Counted from the first letter of the stretch, positions 20,378-30,976 are shown. The stretch is DNA of 64,000 nt from an uncultured Gammaproteobacteria bacterium (GCA_964551135.1 CAZKAT010000006.1:1822-65821); one strand, 5' to 3'. Translations and numbers: made by a program. The notes: a model not told the origin generated them from the letters alone.

Positions 20378-20974
20378 TTAATCCAAGTAAAACATAGTAA
20401 CTACTTTATTAGAACTATGAGCAAAGTTGATTGCATCTAATAAGGTCTTAGAATCTCTATAAAGGAAGCAAATAAGTTGTTGACATTCATTGACTATCTC
20501 GCGGTTGCAAAGTCTGCTAGCGTCAGAGAGTAGCATTTGTTCTCTTTCTGGATGCTCGATGATGTTCTTAACACCAATTAATTGATCTTGAACTTCTTTA
20601 ATTTGTTGGGATATAGTTTGAGGAAGTATAACTTTAAGTTTTTCAGGATTAGCTCTTAATGCACCTTTGATGGTTGCATAATTAGTACCGCAGTAACCAC
20701 CACTGGTTATAATAGTATTGCCACAAGAAGCTAAACCGAAAGCTATCATTTCTATGATCTTAATCTGGCTCATAGACAGGTCTTTACTGCCAATCATGCC
20801 AATGGCATGATTGCCTTGATCCATGATGTTCTTAAACTCTTCATTAAGATCTTGGGTAGAAGGTATATCTAATCTATCTTTGAATACTGTTGCTGAAGAA
20901 CCAGGAGTGATGCCTTCCATAAACATGAGTGGTTCTGTTATTAAGTCTGTCTCTGTAATTAAAGATTTGATCAT
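20378..20974 (-). CDS. DprA/SLOG-like conserved protein of cyanobacterial type
   Basis: IITSGG..GTNYATIKGA, VILPQ, LCNREIVNECQQLICF and VVTMFYLD. Confidence 0.75.
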   Translation of the reverse strand: MIKSLITETDLITEPLMFMEGITPGSSATVFKDRLDIPSTQDLNEEFKNIMDQGNHAIGMIGSKDLSMSQIKIIEMIAFGLASCGNTIITSGGYCGTNYATIKGALRANPEKLKVILPQTISQQIKEVQDQLIGVKNIIEHPEREQMLLSDASRLCNREIVNECQQLICFLYRDSKTLLDAINFAHSSNKVVTMFYLD

Positions 20975-21078
20975 CTTTTTGTATTTTACGCGCTTTCTTT
21001 TCCTTAACTATTTATAGATGCTAAGATCTATATTAGCTATTTACTAAGATGTATATCATAGCAGAAAGGTCCTGAAAT

Positions 21079-23481
21079 TTGGAAAGTTCGGTCATTACAG
21101 ATGAGAAAATTTTAGAGGGTCTTAACCCTGCTCAGCAGCAAGCCGTAATACATCTGGGTTCCCCGCTATTGGTCCTAGCTGGTGCAGGAAGCGGTAAGAC
21201 CAAAGTTTTAACTCATCGCATTGCTTATTTTATTTCCCGAGGTGCTCACTCTGGCAGTATTCTATCTGTTACTTTTACTAATAAAGCAGCTAAAGAAATG
21301 AAGGAGCGAGTGACTAAACTCGTTTCTGAAGAAAATATTAAGTACGCTTGGATTGGAACCTTCCACTCTATTTGTTCAAGAATTCTGAGACAAGATATAG
21401 AGAAACTTGAGCTTGAAGCTCCGAATGGTTCTAAGCATAAATGGACTAAGAATTTTACTATCTTTGATGAAACTGATTCTGTTAATGCAGTGAAAGAAGC
21501 AATCAAGGCTCTTGATTTAGATCCTAAGATTTATGTACCCAAGACGGTGAGATATCGTATTAGCGAAGCTAAGAATCAGAAAAAATTTGCTAAGGATTTT
21601 GTGGCGGGTGCAGTGAACTTTAGAGAAGAGAAAATAGCAAATATTTTTTCTAAGTATGAAGAGATTATGTGCCGGAATAATGCTCTGGATTTTGATGACT
21701 TACTATTACTCTCAGTATTATTGCTCAGAACTAATCCGCAGATTTGTCAATATTATAGTGAACGCTTCAAACATATTCTAGTAGATGAGTATCAGGATAC
21801 TAACCATGCTCAGTATGAATTAATCTCCTTACTTGCAGCTTCAAGTCCTAATACCATAGCTGAGTTCCAGTCTGGAGTCCGTACACTGACTGTGGTTGGT
21901 GATATAGATCAAAGCATCTATTCTTGGCGTGGTGCTGATTACAAAATTATTCTTGGTTTCCAGAAGGACTTCCCTAATGCAGCCATAATTAAACTAGAGC
22001 AGAATTATAGATCTACCGCTAATATTCTTAGTGTTGCTGATAGCATTATTGCAAATAATTCTGAGCGCATTGAGAAGAGTCTTATTCCTACTAAACATGC
22101 TGGTGAGAAGATAGTAGTATTTGAAGCACAGGATGAATTAGAGGAAGCACAATATATTAGTGCTGAGATGCAGCGTATGGTCTCTGATGGGCGTAGGCTG
22201 AGTGACTTTGCGGTGCTTTATCGTACCAATGTGCAGTCGCGTGCCATAGAGGAAGCTTTACTGAGGAGAAATATTCCTTATGTCATAGTCGGCGGCTTCC
22301 GTTTCTATGATCGTAAAGAGATCAAAGACATAATTTCTTATTTAAAAGTTATCCAAAATCCTGCTGATGGACAAAGCATTAAACGTGTTATCAACGAACC
22401 GCGTCGTGGTATCGGAGCTACTACTGTAACTAAGATGGAAGAATATGCTGATAGGTTTGGCTATAGTCTTTATCGTACTATGTTAGAGATCGAAGAAGTT
22501 GATGGTATCGGTGATGCAGCTAAGAAGAAGATCAAGGGCTTTGTGGATTTAATCGAAGATCTTAGATTAAAAGAGAAAAGTCTGGGACTTGGTGATCTGG
22601 TAGATGAGATTACAGAATGTACTGGTTATCAGGCTATGTTGCGTGCCTCTGCTGATGCTGAAGCTGAGTCCCGCGTAGAAAACGTACAAGAGTTGATTGG
22701 TGTGGCAACGGATTTTGAGATGAACGCAGAAGAGAATGATCTCTCAGCATTCTTAGCAGAGATCTCTCTATTAAGCGAACAGGAAAATACTAAGGGTGAA
22801 AGAATTTCAAGCATTACGCTGATGACCCTGCATGCTGCTAAGGGACTAGAATTCCCGGTGGTATTCCTTGCGGGTTTAGAAGAAGGAGTATTTCCGCATA
22901 AGCGCAGTCTTGATGCTAAAGATGCTACTCAGTTAGAAGAAGAGCGTAGATTAATGTATGTGGGTGTTACTAGAGCAGAAGAGAAGCTTTATATGACACA
23001 TGCACGTAGACGTAGAGTCTTTGGGCAGACGGAATTCTCCTCGCCAAGTAGATTTCTGGAAGAGGCTCCTAGAGAGCTTTTAATAGGGTATTATGGGCAA
23101 TCTAATTCTAATGATATGCATTCAGTGTTTGAAGAAGATTTCACTAATGATTCATCATGGGCTAGTCCTAAAAGTGCAGAGACTAAAGTTAAAGGCTTTC
23201 AGCGTGAGACCTTCTTGGATGATGCCGCTCCGCGTGCTGGCTTCCAAACAGCATCTCAGTTCTATGATAAGGGACGTTCTATGGACGCAAGAGCTAGGGC
23301 TATTGGTTCATCCTTTAAGATAGAGTTTAAGAATGGTGATAAAGTGAAACATGCTAAATTCGGTGTGGGTACTGTCTTGCAAGTATTAGGTAGCGGCGAG
23401 AAGTTACTTTACAATGTAGATTTTAATGGGTTGAAGAAGCTCTTAGATCCTAAGTTTGCGAAACTGATTAAGGTTAGCTAG
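21079..23481 (+). CDS. pcrA: ATP-dependent DNA helicase PcrA/UvrD
   Basis: AGAGSGKT, VDEYQDTN, SIYSWRGA, HAAKGLEF, EEERRLMYVGVTRA and a C-terminal Tudor-like domain. Confidence 0.96.
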   Translation: MESSVITDEKILEGLNPAQQQAVIHLGSPLLVLAGAGSGKTKVLTHRIAYFISRGAHSGSILSVTFTNKAAKEMKERVTKLVSEENIKYAWIGTFHSICSRILRQDIEKLELEAPNGSKHKWTKNFTIFDETDSVNAVKEAIKALDLDPKIYVPKTVRYRISEAKNQKKFAKDFVAGAVNFREEKIANIFSKYEEIMCRNNALDFDDLLLLSVLLLRTNPQICQYYSERFKHILVDEYQDTNHAQYELISLLAASSPNTIAEFQSGVRTLTVVGDIDQSIYSWRGADYKIILGFQKDFPNAAIIKLEQNYRSTANILSVADSIIANNSERIEKSLIPTKHAGEKIVVFEAQDELEEAQYISAEMQRMVSDGRRLSDFAVLYRTNVQSRAIEEALLRRNIPYVIVGGFRFYDRKEIKDIISYLKVIQNPADGQSIKRVINEPRRGIGATTVTKMEEYADRFGYSLYRTMLEIEEVDGIGDAAKKKIKGFVDLIEDLRLKEKSLGLGDLVDEITECTGYQAMLRASADAEAESRVENVQELIGVATDFEMNAEENDLSAFLAEISLLSEQENTKGERISSITLMTLHAAKGLEFPVVFLAGLEEGVFPHKRSLDAKDATQLEEERRLMYVGVTRAEEKLYMTHARRRRVFGQTEFSSPSRFLEEAPRELLIGYYGQSNSNDMHSVFEEDFTNDSSWASPKSAETKVKGFQRETFLDDAAPRAGFQTASQFYDKGRSMDARARAIGSSFKIEFKNGDKVKHAKFGVGTVLQVLGSGEKLLYNVDFNGLKKLLDPKFAKLIKVS

Positions 23482-25525
23482 CTTGTAGTCTTGGATAACC
23501 AGGTTCTATTGATTTTGTCTTGGTTGGCATTGCTGATGCTACTAAAATTGTTTGAGTATTAAGATCTTGGAGTTTTTTATTGACTGATCCATCAGTTAGA
23601 GGCTTCAATCCATTGCCAGTAGAGATATATTTCTTACCTAACCATCGGGCTAGTCCCTGTGCTGTTATGCCTTGATTTGGGAAAACATATTTTTTATATG
23701 GTTGATCGTCGTCTAAATCTACTACTGTTAAGCGAAGTTGATTTTTGTGTTCAATATCGGCAACGATTAAATCGGATAAATATTTAACCTCGTTTTGTAG
23801 TTCAGCTTTATCATTTTTAACTGCACGTCTAACGCAGTCTTCAAGCTTATTTAAGCTCTCACTAGCTCTCATATAACCTGGTTCTGGAAACAAAAAGCTA
23901 AAGTATTGAGCTTTGACAGCTTGTATTTGTTCTAAAGCTTCGGCATATTTCTTCTCCTTGAATAAGTTACTAATTAAACTTGCTCTACCTTGTATATCAG
24001 CATCTTTAAGCCCTATGTATATCATGTCTAATTTATTTTTAGTGCCTGCAGATATTCTAACCAAATCCCTTAGTCGTGGGGAAAGTTCTTGAGCTGCTTT
24101 CTCTAGTGCGACTGCAGCTGTTTCATAGTGTTTAGTTGCTTGACTTGGATCAAGCCTTTGTGTAGCAAAGCCGTTTTCGATTATGCCAGGAATATGTTTT
24201 AGGTGAGACTCTGCAAATTGTTTAGGGTAGACATCACCGCGCTGAGTCCACTCTAATAGATCATTTAAATCTTGATCTATTATTTTCTTGTTGATTTTTG
24301 ATAATGATCCTTTGTTTGCAGCCATACTGAGTAATAGCGATAAGTCTTCTATATGCGCAAGAGCCTTGGCTACTGTGATGAAATCTTCATGGTTTCCTTG
24401 AAGTACATATATACGGCTTCTTAAACCTGCAGCCCAATCTTTGGAGTATTCTATGTCTTTTTGAATGGGGTAGCTTTCATTACCAGGAATTAATTTTTTG
24501 ATGGCTGCAACTTTAGCTTTAATTTCTTTCAGAACATCAGTCTCAGTGATATGAGCAGGGTGCTCTTGTATATATTGATCTAAGGCTTTTAGTTGCTCAG
24601 AGATTTCTTTAGTTTCTTGAATTAGAGCTGTTGCTGAGGAATAGATTGATATTAGATCTTGAATTTTTTCTCTTGCGGTTGCAGTATCAGAGTTTTTAAG
24701 ATCTTTTATTATTGAAGTTATGCGGGCACGAGGATTAATCCAAATCTGTTGACGAATTGTTGTAGTTCCAGGTCCAATATTTATATCTAAGTTATTTAGA
24801 TTAATACCCCAAATGGTTTGACCAAGAAAATCTAAAGTTTCTATCTCCCTAATTTTAGAGCTTGCGTCTACTCGGTTCTTGCGCCAGTTTAATTCTCTAA
24901 TTAAGAGATCACCATTATTTTTTGCGTTGGCTAAGAAGCGTAAGGCTACCTGAGAGTCAAATAAAGGATTAGTGCTGCTCACTAATTTTAATTGTGCTAA
25001 TTTAAGCTGAAGCTTAATTAAGTATTTGTATGATTCTATTGCACTTAAATTTAACCTAGCTCTTTCTTGGTTATGCTTAGCATCTTTGCCAAGCTCACGA
25101 AATCTTGCTTGAGTTTCTTTTAATTCTTGACGTATAAAATCGCTCTGATCTTTAATCTCTAAAGCACTCATATTGCTATGATCTAAATCAACATTAATAC
25201 TCTTGTAAAGATCAGCTAAACTGTCAGTGATCTGCTTATTAGAAGCTTCATTATGGTTAACTCTATATTCAGAACTATAAGCCTTAATCTGAGCTACTAT
25301 ATCATTGATCTTCATCTGTAAACTGATAATTTCTCGTTGTTCAGCTCTTGGATTTTTTCTATCGGTTTTATGTACTAGTCGTGTTTGTGGGTGAGCTAGT
25401 ACTGTCATTGTTGGATCGCTGATTTTAGCTGGCTGAATGATTGCTGACTCAGCGTTTCTTGCTGTTTCCCGTAGTCTCCTTAGGACACTAGGTACACTTA
25501 TATCTTTTATTAATTCTGTTACCAT
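23474..25525 (-). CDS. Large helical hypothetical protein
   Basis: 683-aa ORF with GGAG RBS; no recognised motif. Confidence 0.75.
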   Translation of the reverse strand: MVTELIKDISVPSVLRRLRETARNAESAIIQPAKISDPTMTVLAHPQTRLVHKTDRKNPRAEQREIISLQMKINDIVAQIKAYSSEYRVNHNEASNKQITDSLADLYKSINVDLDHSNMSALEIKDQSDFIRQELKETQARFRELGKDAKHNQERARLNLSAIESYKYLIKLQLKLAQLKLVSSTNPLFDSQVALRFLANAKNNGDLLIRELNWRKNRVDASSKIREIETLDFLGQTIWGINLNNLDINIGPGTTTIRQQIWINPRARITSIIKDLKNSDTATAREKIQDLISIYSSATALIQETKEISEQLKALDQYIQEHPAHITETDVLKEIKAKVAAIKKLIPGNESYPIQKDIEYSKDWAAGLRSRIYVLQGNHEDFITVAKALAHIEDLSLLLSMAANKGSLSKINKKIIDQDLNDLLEWTQRGDVYPKQFAESHLKHIPGIIENGFATQRLDPSQATKHYETAAVALEKAAQELSPRLRDLVRISAGTKNKLDMIYIGLKDADIQGRASLISNLFKEKKYAEALEQIQAVKAQYFSFLFPEPGYMRASESLNKLEDCVRRAVKNDKAELQNEVKYLSDLIVADIEHKNQLRLTVVDLDDDQPYKKYVFPNQGITAQGLARWLGKKYISTGNGLKPLTDGSVNKKLQDLNTQTILVASAMPTKTKSIEPGYPRLQAS

Positions 25526-25577
25526 TAGCTAATCTCCAAACTTAAGTCGTTCCGTCTAATTTTAACATAAGCCCATA

Positions 25578-26318
25578 TTACTTTAAAACCTGATAATTTA
25601 TCTTTGCACTAAGCTTTCTAGGTAAAACGCTTGCTATCAAGGTTAATAGTCGATTGCGTTTACCAGTAATTATTAATTCTTCGCCGTGCATAAGTTTCTC
25701 ATAAGTTATCTCTGCAACTTTCTTAGATGACATAGGTAAACGGAAAGCTGAACTATGCTTAGCACCTGCTCTCTCTCCAAATTGGCTATGAGTTGGTCCT
25801 GGACAGCAAACACTGACTTGTACTTGATAAGGTCTTAACTCTTCTGCAAGTGCATAACTGAAACTTAGTACATAAGCTTTAGTAGCGTAGTAAGTTGCCA
25901 TCATTGGTCCCGGAAGGAAGCTTGCTACTGAAGCGATATTCAGTATACGCCCAGAGCGGCAAGCTGCCATGCGTTTAGCATAGACTTGACTCAAATAAGT
26001 TAAAGCAGAGATATTAAGATTAATCATCTCTGTTTGAGTATCGGGATCGAGATTAATCAATTCACCGTAAGCACCAAAGCCTGCATTATTTACTAATACA
26101 TCTATGTCACTAACTTGATTAGAAAGTTCTTTAACTTGATTGATATCAGAGAGATCTTTTGCAATGCAAGTGACTTGGGTTGGAAGTTCTTTTGCTATAG
26201 CTTTGAGCTTCTCTAGATTTCTTGAAACTAAAATTAACTCGTAACCATTCTTCGCAAAAATCTTAGCTAGTTCTAGTCCTATACCAGTGCTAGCACCTGT
26301 GATTAGAGCTTTCGGCAT
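25578..26318 (-). CDS. Short-chain dehydrogenase/reductase
   Basis: TGASTGIG, NNAG and YYATK; start moved to ATG 26318 because of the upstream TGCTAGAAT. Confidence 0.93.
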   Translation of the reverse strand: MPKALITGASTGIGLELAKIFAKNGYELILVSRNLEKLKAIAKELPTQVTCIAKDLSDINQVKELSNQVSDIDVLVNNAGFGAYGELINLDPDTQTEMINLNISALTYLSQVYAKRMAACRSGRILNIASVASFLPGPMMATYYATKAYVLSFSYALAEELRPYQVQVSVCCPGPTHSQFGERAGAKHSSAFRLPMSSKKVAEITYEKLMHGEELIITGKRNRLLTLIASVLPRKLSAKINYQVLK

Positions 26319-26335
26319 ATAGGGGATTCTAGCAT

Positions 26336-26459
26336 TAGACTTGTCCATAAATCGCCCATAACTGTGTTATGCTCGTCCCTCGCCATCCTCATTGACGCCC
26401 AGTCAACTCCGGTGGCTCGGGTCGCATGCCTTGTTCTGGACGATTTCTGAACAAGTCTA
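26336..26459. mobile_element. RPE-1-like palindromic element / MITE (TAGAC...GTCTA)
   Basis: GC-rich 124 nt with ~27-bp imperfect terminal inverted repeats TAGACTTGTCCATAAATCG / CGATTTCTGAACAAGTCTA and an internal TTGAC-GCCCA-GTCAA hairpin. Confidence 0.7.
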
Positions 26460-26504
26460 TAATTTTCTAGAATAGAAGTTTATTTTATGCGAAAATAATA
26501 CCCT

Positions 26505-26945
26505 ATGAGTTCTGACTTAGATAATTTAACACTTTTAGGTGCAGGTGCTACTGTCTATCCAACTAATCCTGAAGACGCGCGTTTAGAAGCGATTCCTAAT
26601 CAGTGGCAAGGTAATGACTATATCGTTAATTTAGATTGCCTAGAGTTCACTTGTCTTTGTCCTAAAACTGGACAACCAGATTTTGCACAAATATTTATTT
26701 CATATATTCCAGGGGAATATTTGATTGAATCTAAAGCATTGAAGCTTTATTTATTTAGTTACCGCAATCATGGAATATTTCATGAGTTTGTCGTGAATAA
26801 AATTGCACGTGATCTAAACAACGCTATTCAAGCGAAGTATATTAAGGTTGTCGGTAAGTTTATGCCACGCGGTGGTATTTCAATTAATCCAGTGGTGCAG
26901 CTTGGCGATATTAGTTTGTTTGAAGGATTGAAGAGTGATAGCTAA
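26505..26945 (+). CDS. queF: NADPH-dependent preQ0 reductase QueF (type I)
   Basis: EFTCLCPKTGQPDFA, ESKALKLYL, FHE and PRGGI. Confidence 0.96.
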   Translation: MSSDLDNLTLLGAGATVYPTNPEDARLEAIPNQWQGNDYIVNLDCLEFTCLCPKTGQPDFAQIFISYIPGEYLIESKALKLYLFSYRNHGIFHEFVVNKIARDLNNAIQAKYIKVVGKFMPRGGISINPVVQLGDISLFEGLKSDS

Positions 26946-27636
26946 CTCTAAAGCTCTCGTGGTATTCTCTGGTGGTCAAGACAGCACCACTTGCCTTTAC
27001 TGGGCTAAGAAGCAATGGTCTGAAATTTATACTGTTACTTTTGATTATGGGCAGAAGCATAAGATTGAATTAGATGCAGCACGTAAAATTTGTGAGCTGG
27101 CTGGAGTGGCGTTTGATCTAGTGAAAGTACCTCAGGTATTACGTTCTACTAGTCCACTAACAGATCATTCTCAAGACTTAGATAAATATGGAAGTATCTC
27201 TGAGTTTAAAGCTGGTGTGCAAGCTACATTTGTTCCTGGGCGTAATATTCTTTTCCTGACTCTTGCTGCTAATATCGCGATGCATCATGATTGCAAGCAT
27301 ATTGTTATAGGAGTTTGCGAAGAAGATTATGGCGGTTACTATGATTGTCGTAGTGAGTTTATTCAAGCCATGCAAAAATCCCTTAACCAAGGACTATTCG
27401 GTAGTGATGAAGGTATAGTAATCCACACTCCATTGATGCACTTAACTAAAGCAGAAACAGTGAAGCTTGCTGTAGATTTAGGTGAAGAATGTATGCATGC
27501 TCTTTCTTATTCACATACTTGTTATGCAGGGACCTTCCCGCCTTGCGGACACTGTCATGCTTGTTTACTTAGGGAGAGAGGGTTTATGGAAGCTGGGGTA
27601 GAGGATCCGCTTATATTAAAGCTTGTAAAACAATAA
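26935..27636 (+). CDS. queC: 7-cyano-7-deazaguanine synthase QueC
   Basis: SGGQDSTT, FDYGQKH, VPGRN, YYDCR and TCY...CGHCHAC. Confidence 0.96.
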   Translation: MIANSKALVVFSGGQDSTTCLYWAKKQWSEIYTVTFDYGQKHKIELDAARKICELAGVAFDLVKVPQVLRSTSPLTDHSQDLDKYGSISEFKAGVQATFVPGRNILFLTLAANIAMHHDCKHIVIGVCEEDYGGYYDCRSEFIQAMQKSLNQGLFGSDEGIVIHTPLMHLTKAETVKLAVDLGEECMHALSYSHTCYAGTFPPCGHCHACLLRERGFMEAGVEDPLILKLVKQ

Positions 27637-27660
27637 TAGTTTACGAGACCATATTAATCC

Positions 27661-27789
27661 CGTCATCCTGAGGGAGGGCGAAGCCCGACCGTAAGGATCC
27701 ACTATTAACTACGGTAGGTGTAGTGGATCCTTATCCTGACGCTACGCTCAGGACAGGCTTGTCGCCTTCGGCTCCTCCTCAGGATGACG
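27661..27789. repeat. REP-like palindromic element copy 1 (with nested hairpin insert)
   Basis: CGTCATCCTGAGG...CCTCAGGATGACG ends; internal AAGGATCCACTA/TAGTGGATCCTT stem; homologous to 41966-42069. Confidence 0.88.
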
Positions 27790-27844
27790 ACGAAAGAGTC
27801 TTCTTAACGTTTAAACTAGTCATGCTAAAATTAGCTCCGTCCTT

Positions 27845-28522
27845 ATGATTCTATTGCACCAAAACGCAGATACCCAAGCCGAGATAGTAGAAACTATTCA
27901 GGGTGAGGGTTTGTATACGGGAACGCCAGCGTTCTTCGTTCGTTTTCAGGGTTGTAATGTACATTGTTTCTTTTGTGATGAAAAAGAAACTTGGATAAAT
28001 CGTGAAAGTAATTCTATAGAAATGGAAGCAAGTGAAATTATTGCTCAATTGGATCATATGAATCCTTTACTTAAACGCGTGGTGATTACTGGTGGTGAGC
28101 CCACAGAGCAGGATCTAGCGCCTTTGATAGAAGCTTTAATAGATAAATCATATAGAGTTTCAGTAGAGACTGCTGCTACTGGAAAGTTCACTAGTGATTT
28201 ATTTAAAGATTACGATGAAGAGCTCTTTATTACTTTTAGTCCGAAAGAAGTTTATTCTAAAAGTTCAAAGATAAATGATGAAAGGATTTGGCAAAGAGCT
28301 GATGAAATTAAGTTTGTGATAGCTAATGATGAAGGTATAGAGTACTTACTTACTACTATAATTGCAAAGCTGAAACAAGCTAATAATGATTGTCCTATAT
28401 TTCTCGTGCCTGATTGGTATAACCAAGATGCTACTAAAGCTAAAGTGCTAGAACTTTGTCGTCAATACCCTGGTAGATTAAGAATGGGATGGCAGCTACA
28501 TAAAATTATTGACATGCCATAG
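27845..28522 (+). CDS. queE: 7-carboxy-7-deazaguanine synthase QueE (radical SAM)
   Basis: TIQGEG, FVRFQGCNVHCFFCD, ITGGEP and QLHK; clustered with queF and queC. Confidence 0.92.
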   Translation: MILLHQNADTQAEIVETIQGEGLYTGTPAFFVRFQGCNVHCFFCDEKETWINRESNSIEMEASEIIAQLDHMNPLLKRVVITGGEPTEQDLAPLIEALIDKSYRVSVETAATGKFTSDLFKDYDEELFITFSPKEVYSKSSKINDERIWQRADEIKFVIANDEGIEYLLTTIIAKLKQANNDCPIFLVPDWYNQDATKAKVLELCRQYPGRLRMGWQLHKIIDMP

Positions 28523-28555
28523 AGGTTTTTGATCAAAATCTCTGATATTATGTAT

Positions 28556-28581
28556 AGAATGATCAAATTTCTGATCATTCT
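28556..28581. promoter_or_regulatory. Palindromic candidate operator
   Basis: AGAATGATCA-N6-TGATCATTCT; 21/22-nt match to the reverse strand of 41326-41347. Confidence 0.5.
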
Positions 28582-28650
28582 TAACCTTTTCATAGAAAAT
28601 AGCTATAAAATTTTACCCTCATTTGGACTTGTATGTATGGATTATTGTTT

Positions 28651-29568
28651 ATGGTATCAGCAACTTCACATGTCCAAAACCCAGTAGGTACTATTCTCGT
28701 ACCTCGTAATGTTGCAGAAGAATTAGCAGCACAATCGTCAGTTAAAACGAGCCCAGTTGTAACGGAGCAAGGTCAAACAACTACCACGTCAACGATAAAT
28801 CCAGCTCAAGCAGTATTTGAAGCAAGACAAAATTTAGCAAATGCAGTCACTCAACCTATAAACGAAGCGACTGATGGTATTAATACTGCGAAAGAAGCTT
28901 CGACAGTAGGTGTAGCGCAAGCTGATAATAGTGCTGAATTACTGGCAGAGCAATTGAAGAAAATGGGAACAGCAATAGCAGCAGGCCTTGTTGACGACCA
29001 GGATAGAAGATTTATTGCACTTGTAGCTAAAGTTTTAAATTCAATAGAATGTGATGCAGAAGGGGTTAAGGTTGATAAGCTTACAGATGTTAAGAAGGTG
29101 ATCGGATCAATTCAGGATATCTATGTAACTGCTAAAACGAGTGGTTTAGAAGCTACTATGACAGAAGACGTTATTCGTAATCAATTAAAATCTTTAGGCT
29201 TAAGTAAAGAACAGAAAGCTACTATGCAAGATTACTTCAAGAAAATTCTTGGACAAAGTAATGCTAGTGCTGATTCTGTGAATCTAGATGCATTAAAGAA
29301 TTTAGCTTTAAGTAAAGAAGGTATGCTTGCGGTAGGAACTGCTCTCTATGTGTTTTCTGGCTTAGTATCTCAAATACCATACATAGGTAATTTACTTGCA
29401 ACACCAATCAAGCTTGTACAGGGACTACTAGGAACTGCAAAAGACATTATTCCAATGATTTTACTAATGCAGCAGAAAGAAGCTGCTCCTGCTAAACAAA
29501 TTCAACCATCAACGAAAGTATCTTCTGCTGATAGTAAGCCTGCACCTGCTAGTGTTGCAGCAGCATAA
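28651..29568 (+). CDS. Hypothetical protein with S/T-rich N-terminus and C-terminal hydrophobic/amphipathic segment
   Basis: Long ORF (alternative ATG at 28633); hydrophobic GMLAVGTALYVFSGLVSQIPYIGNLL. Confidence 0.75.
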   Translation: MVSATSHVQNPVGTILVPRNVAEELAAQSSVKTSPVVTEQGQTTTTSTINPAQAVFEARQNLANAVTQPINEATDGINTAKEASTVGVAQADNSAELLAEQLKKMGTAIAAGLVDDQDRRFIALVAKVLNSIECDAEGVKVDKLTDVKKVIGSIQDIYVTAKTSGLEATMTEDVIRNQLKSLGLSKEQKATMQDYFKKILGQSNASADSVNLDALKNLALSKEGMLAVGTALYVFSGLVSQIPYIGNLLATPIKLVQGLLGTAKDIIPMILLMQQKEAAPAKQIQPSTKVSSADSKPAPASVAAA

Positions 29569-29624
29569 TTCCTTATCAAAACCATCAAGTTTTAACCGTT
29601 TTATAACTGTATATTAGGATTATT

Positions 29625-30824
29625 ATGTCTTCAAATACTGTTAATTTACCAATTTCTCAAGCTAAGGATGCTTTAGTCTCAGGGTTAAAGGCGGCTAATA
29701 TTGACTATAAAAACATTGGATCAGCAGTAGAAAGGACTAGGCTTTTAAATTGGTTAAATGCTTGGATTAGCAATGGTACTGATGGTTTGACTACTGACAA
29801 GATTGATGCTGCTAAAACATTATTTGCTGCAAAAGAAGAAGTTGAGCAGAATGCACATACTCAGGCGATTCTAGAAAGAATGACAGCAATGAAGGAATCT
29901 TATACTGCTATGTTAGATGTAATGAGTAGTAGTTCACGTGGGGTTCTTACAATGGTTCCTAATCCAGCTCTGAATTCTATGGGATTAGCATTAGAATATG
30001 CTACTGGTTCAAGACCGATATCTCAGAATGAAAACAAAGATAATCTTATAAAGCAAATGAATATGCTTATGCAGCAACTGATCGAACAGGCAGATAGTGC
30101 TAATAAATTAAGTGAGTTAATTACGCAGAATAAAGATAGTTTTAGTAATGAATTTTTAAGTCAATTTAGGGCTACGATAGAAGAGCGTAAGCTAGAAGCC
30201 TCGTTAGACACAAGACTTTATAGGTATAAAGGTCTTGACGTGGATGCAACAGAGAGATTAGATGATCTGATGCGTTTACTTAAAATGACTAAAGATGAAG
30301 CTCCATTAATTGTAATTGGAAATAATACAAGTCATTTACATGAAATTTATAGTCAATGGAATGCATTGTCACCAGATGAAAAAAACAATGCTCAGAAGCA
30401 AGCTACTAAGTTTTTTGTGAATTCTAATAATGGTAATTTGGCTACTTTACAAGAAAATCAAAAACTTACAGTAATTCAAGAAGGTGTTAATGATCTTGAT
30501 AAAAATGCACAACTTTTTGTACAAATAAAAGTTAGGGAATTGCAGAATGCAGAGAATCTTCATAAACATGAGCATGATTTAAAAGATCTTTTTGGTAATT
30601 TATTTGGAGAAGGATTTTTTTCAAAAGCTTTAGTTACAGCTGTTATGGGATTCTTGGGTGGAAGTGTTTTTGGATCACCATTTATGGGAGTCTTTCTTAC
30701 TACAGTAGTAAGCTTACTTGGTTCTTTGTCAAGTTCTTCTGACCAATCAACTAAACGTGCAGTGCCACCTGAGGCCAAATATGATAGAAAAGTTTCTGAT
30801 AAACCAACAACAGTTCCAGCTTAA
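29625..30824 (+). CDS. Coiled-coil hypothetical protein with C-terminal Gly-rich hydrophobic hairpin
   Basis: 399 aa; ALVTAVMGFLGGSVFGSPFMGVFLTTVVSLLGSL; no signal peptide. Confidence 0.78.
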   Translation: MSSNTVNLPISQAKDALVSGLKAANIDYKNIGSAVERTRLLNWLNAWISNGTDGLTTDKIDAAKTLFAAKEEVEQNAHTQAILERMTAMKESYTAMLDVMSSSSRGVLTMVPNPALNSMGLALEYATGSRPISQNENKDNLIKQMNMLMQQLIEQADSANKLSELITQNKDSFSNEFLSQFRATIEERKLEASLDTRLYRYKGLDVDATERLDDLMRLLKMTKDEAPLIVIGNNTSHLHEIYSQWNALSPDEKNNAQKQATKFFVNSNNGNLATLQENQKLTVIQEGVNDLDKNAQLFVQIKVRELQNAENLHKHEHDLKDLFGNLFGEGFFSKALVTAVMGFLGGSVFGSPFMGVFLTTVVSLLGSLSSSSDQSTKRAVPPEAKYDRKVSDKPTTVPA

Positions 30825-30976
30825 AAGTTCCCATAATTTCTGAAACTTAATTTTTATTTTCCATTACCCTGTCTGATTTTTTAGATTAAGATTAATAAAT
30901 TTTTTTTAACTGAACTATTTGCAAAAATTGTCATTTTTGGCTTTACAAAACGCCAAACTGTTATAGATTAGACTAT

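Noticed and set aside
26460-26504. preQ1 riboswitch before queF (contains TTCTAG)
   Set aside because: It lacks the P1 stem and A-rich tail of preQ1-I, and there is little leader space
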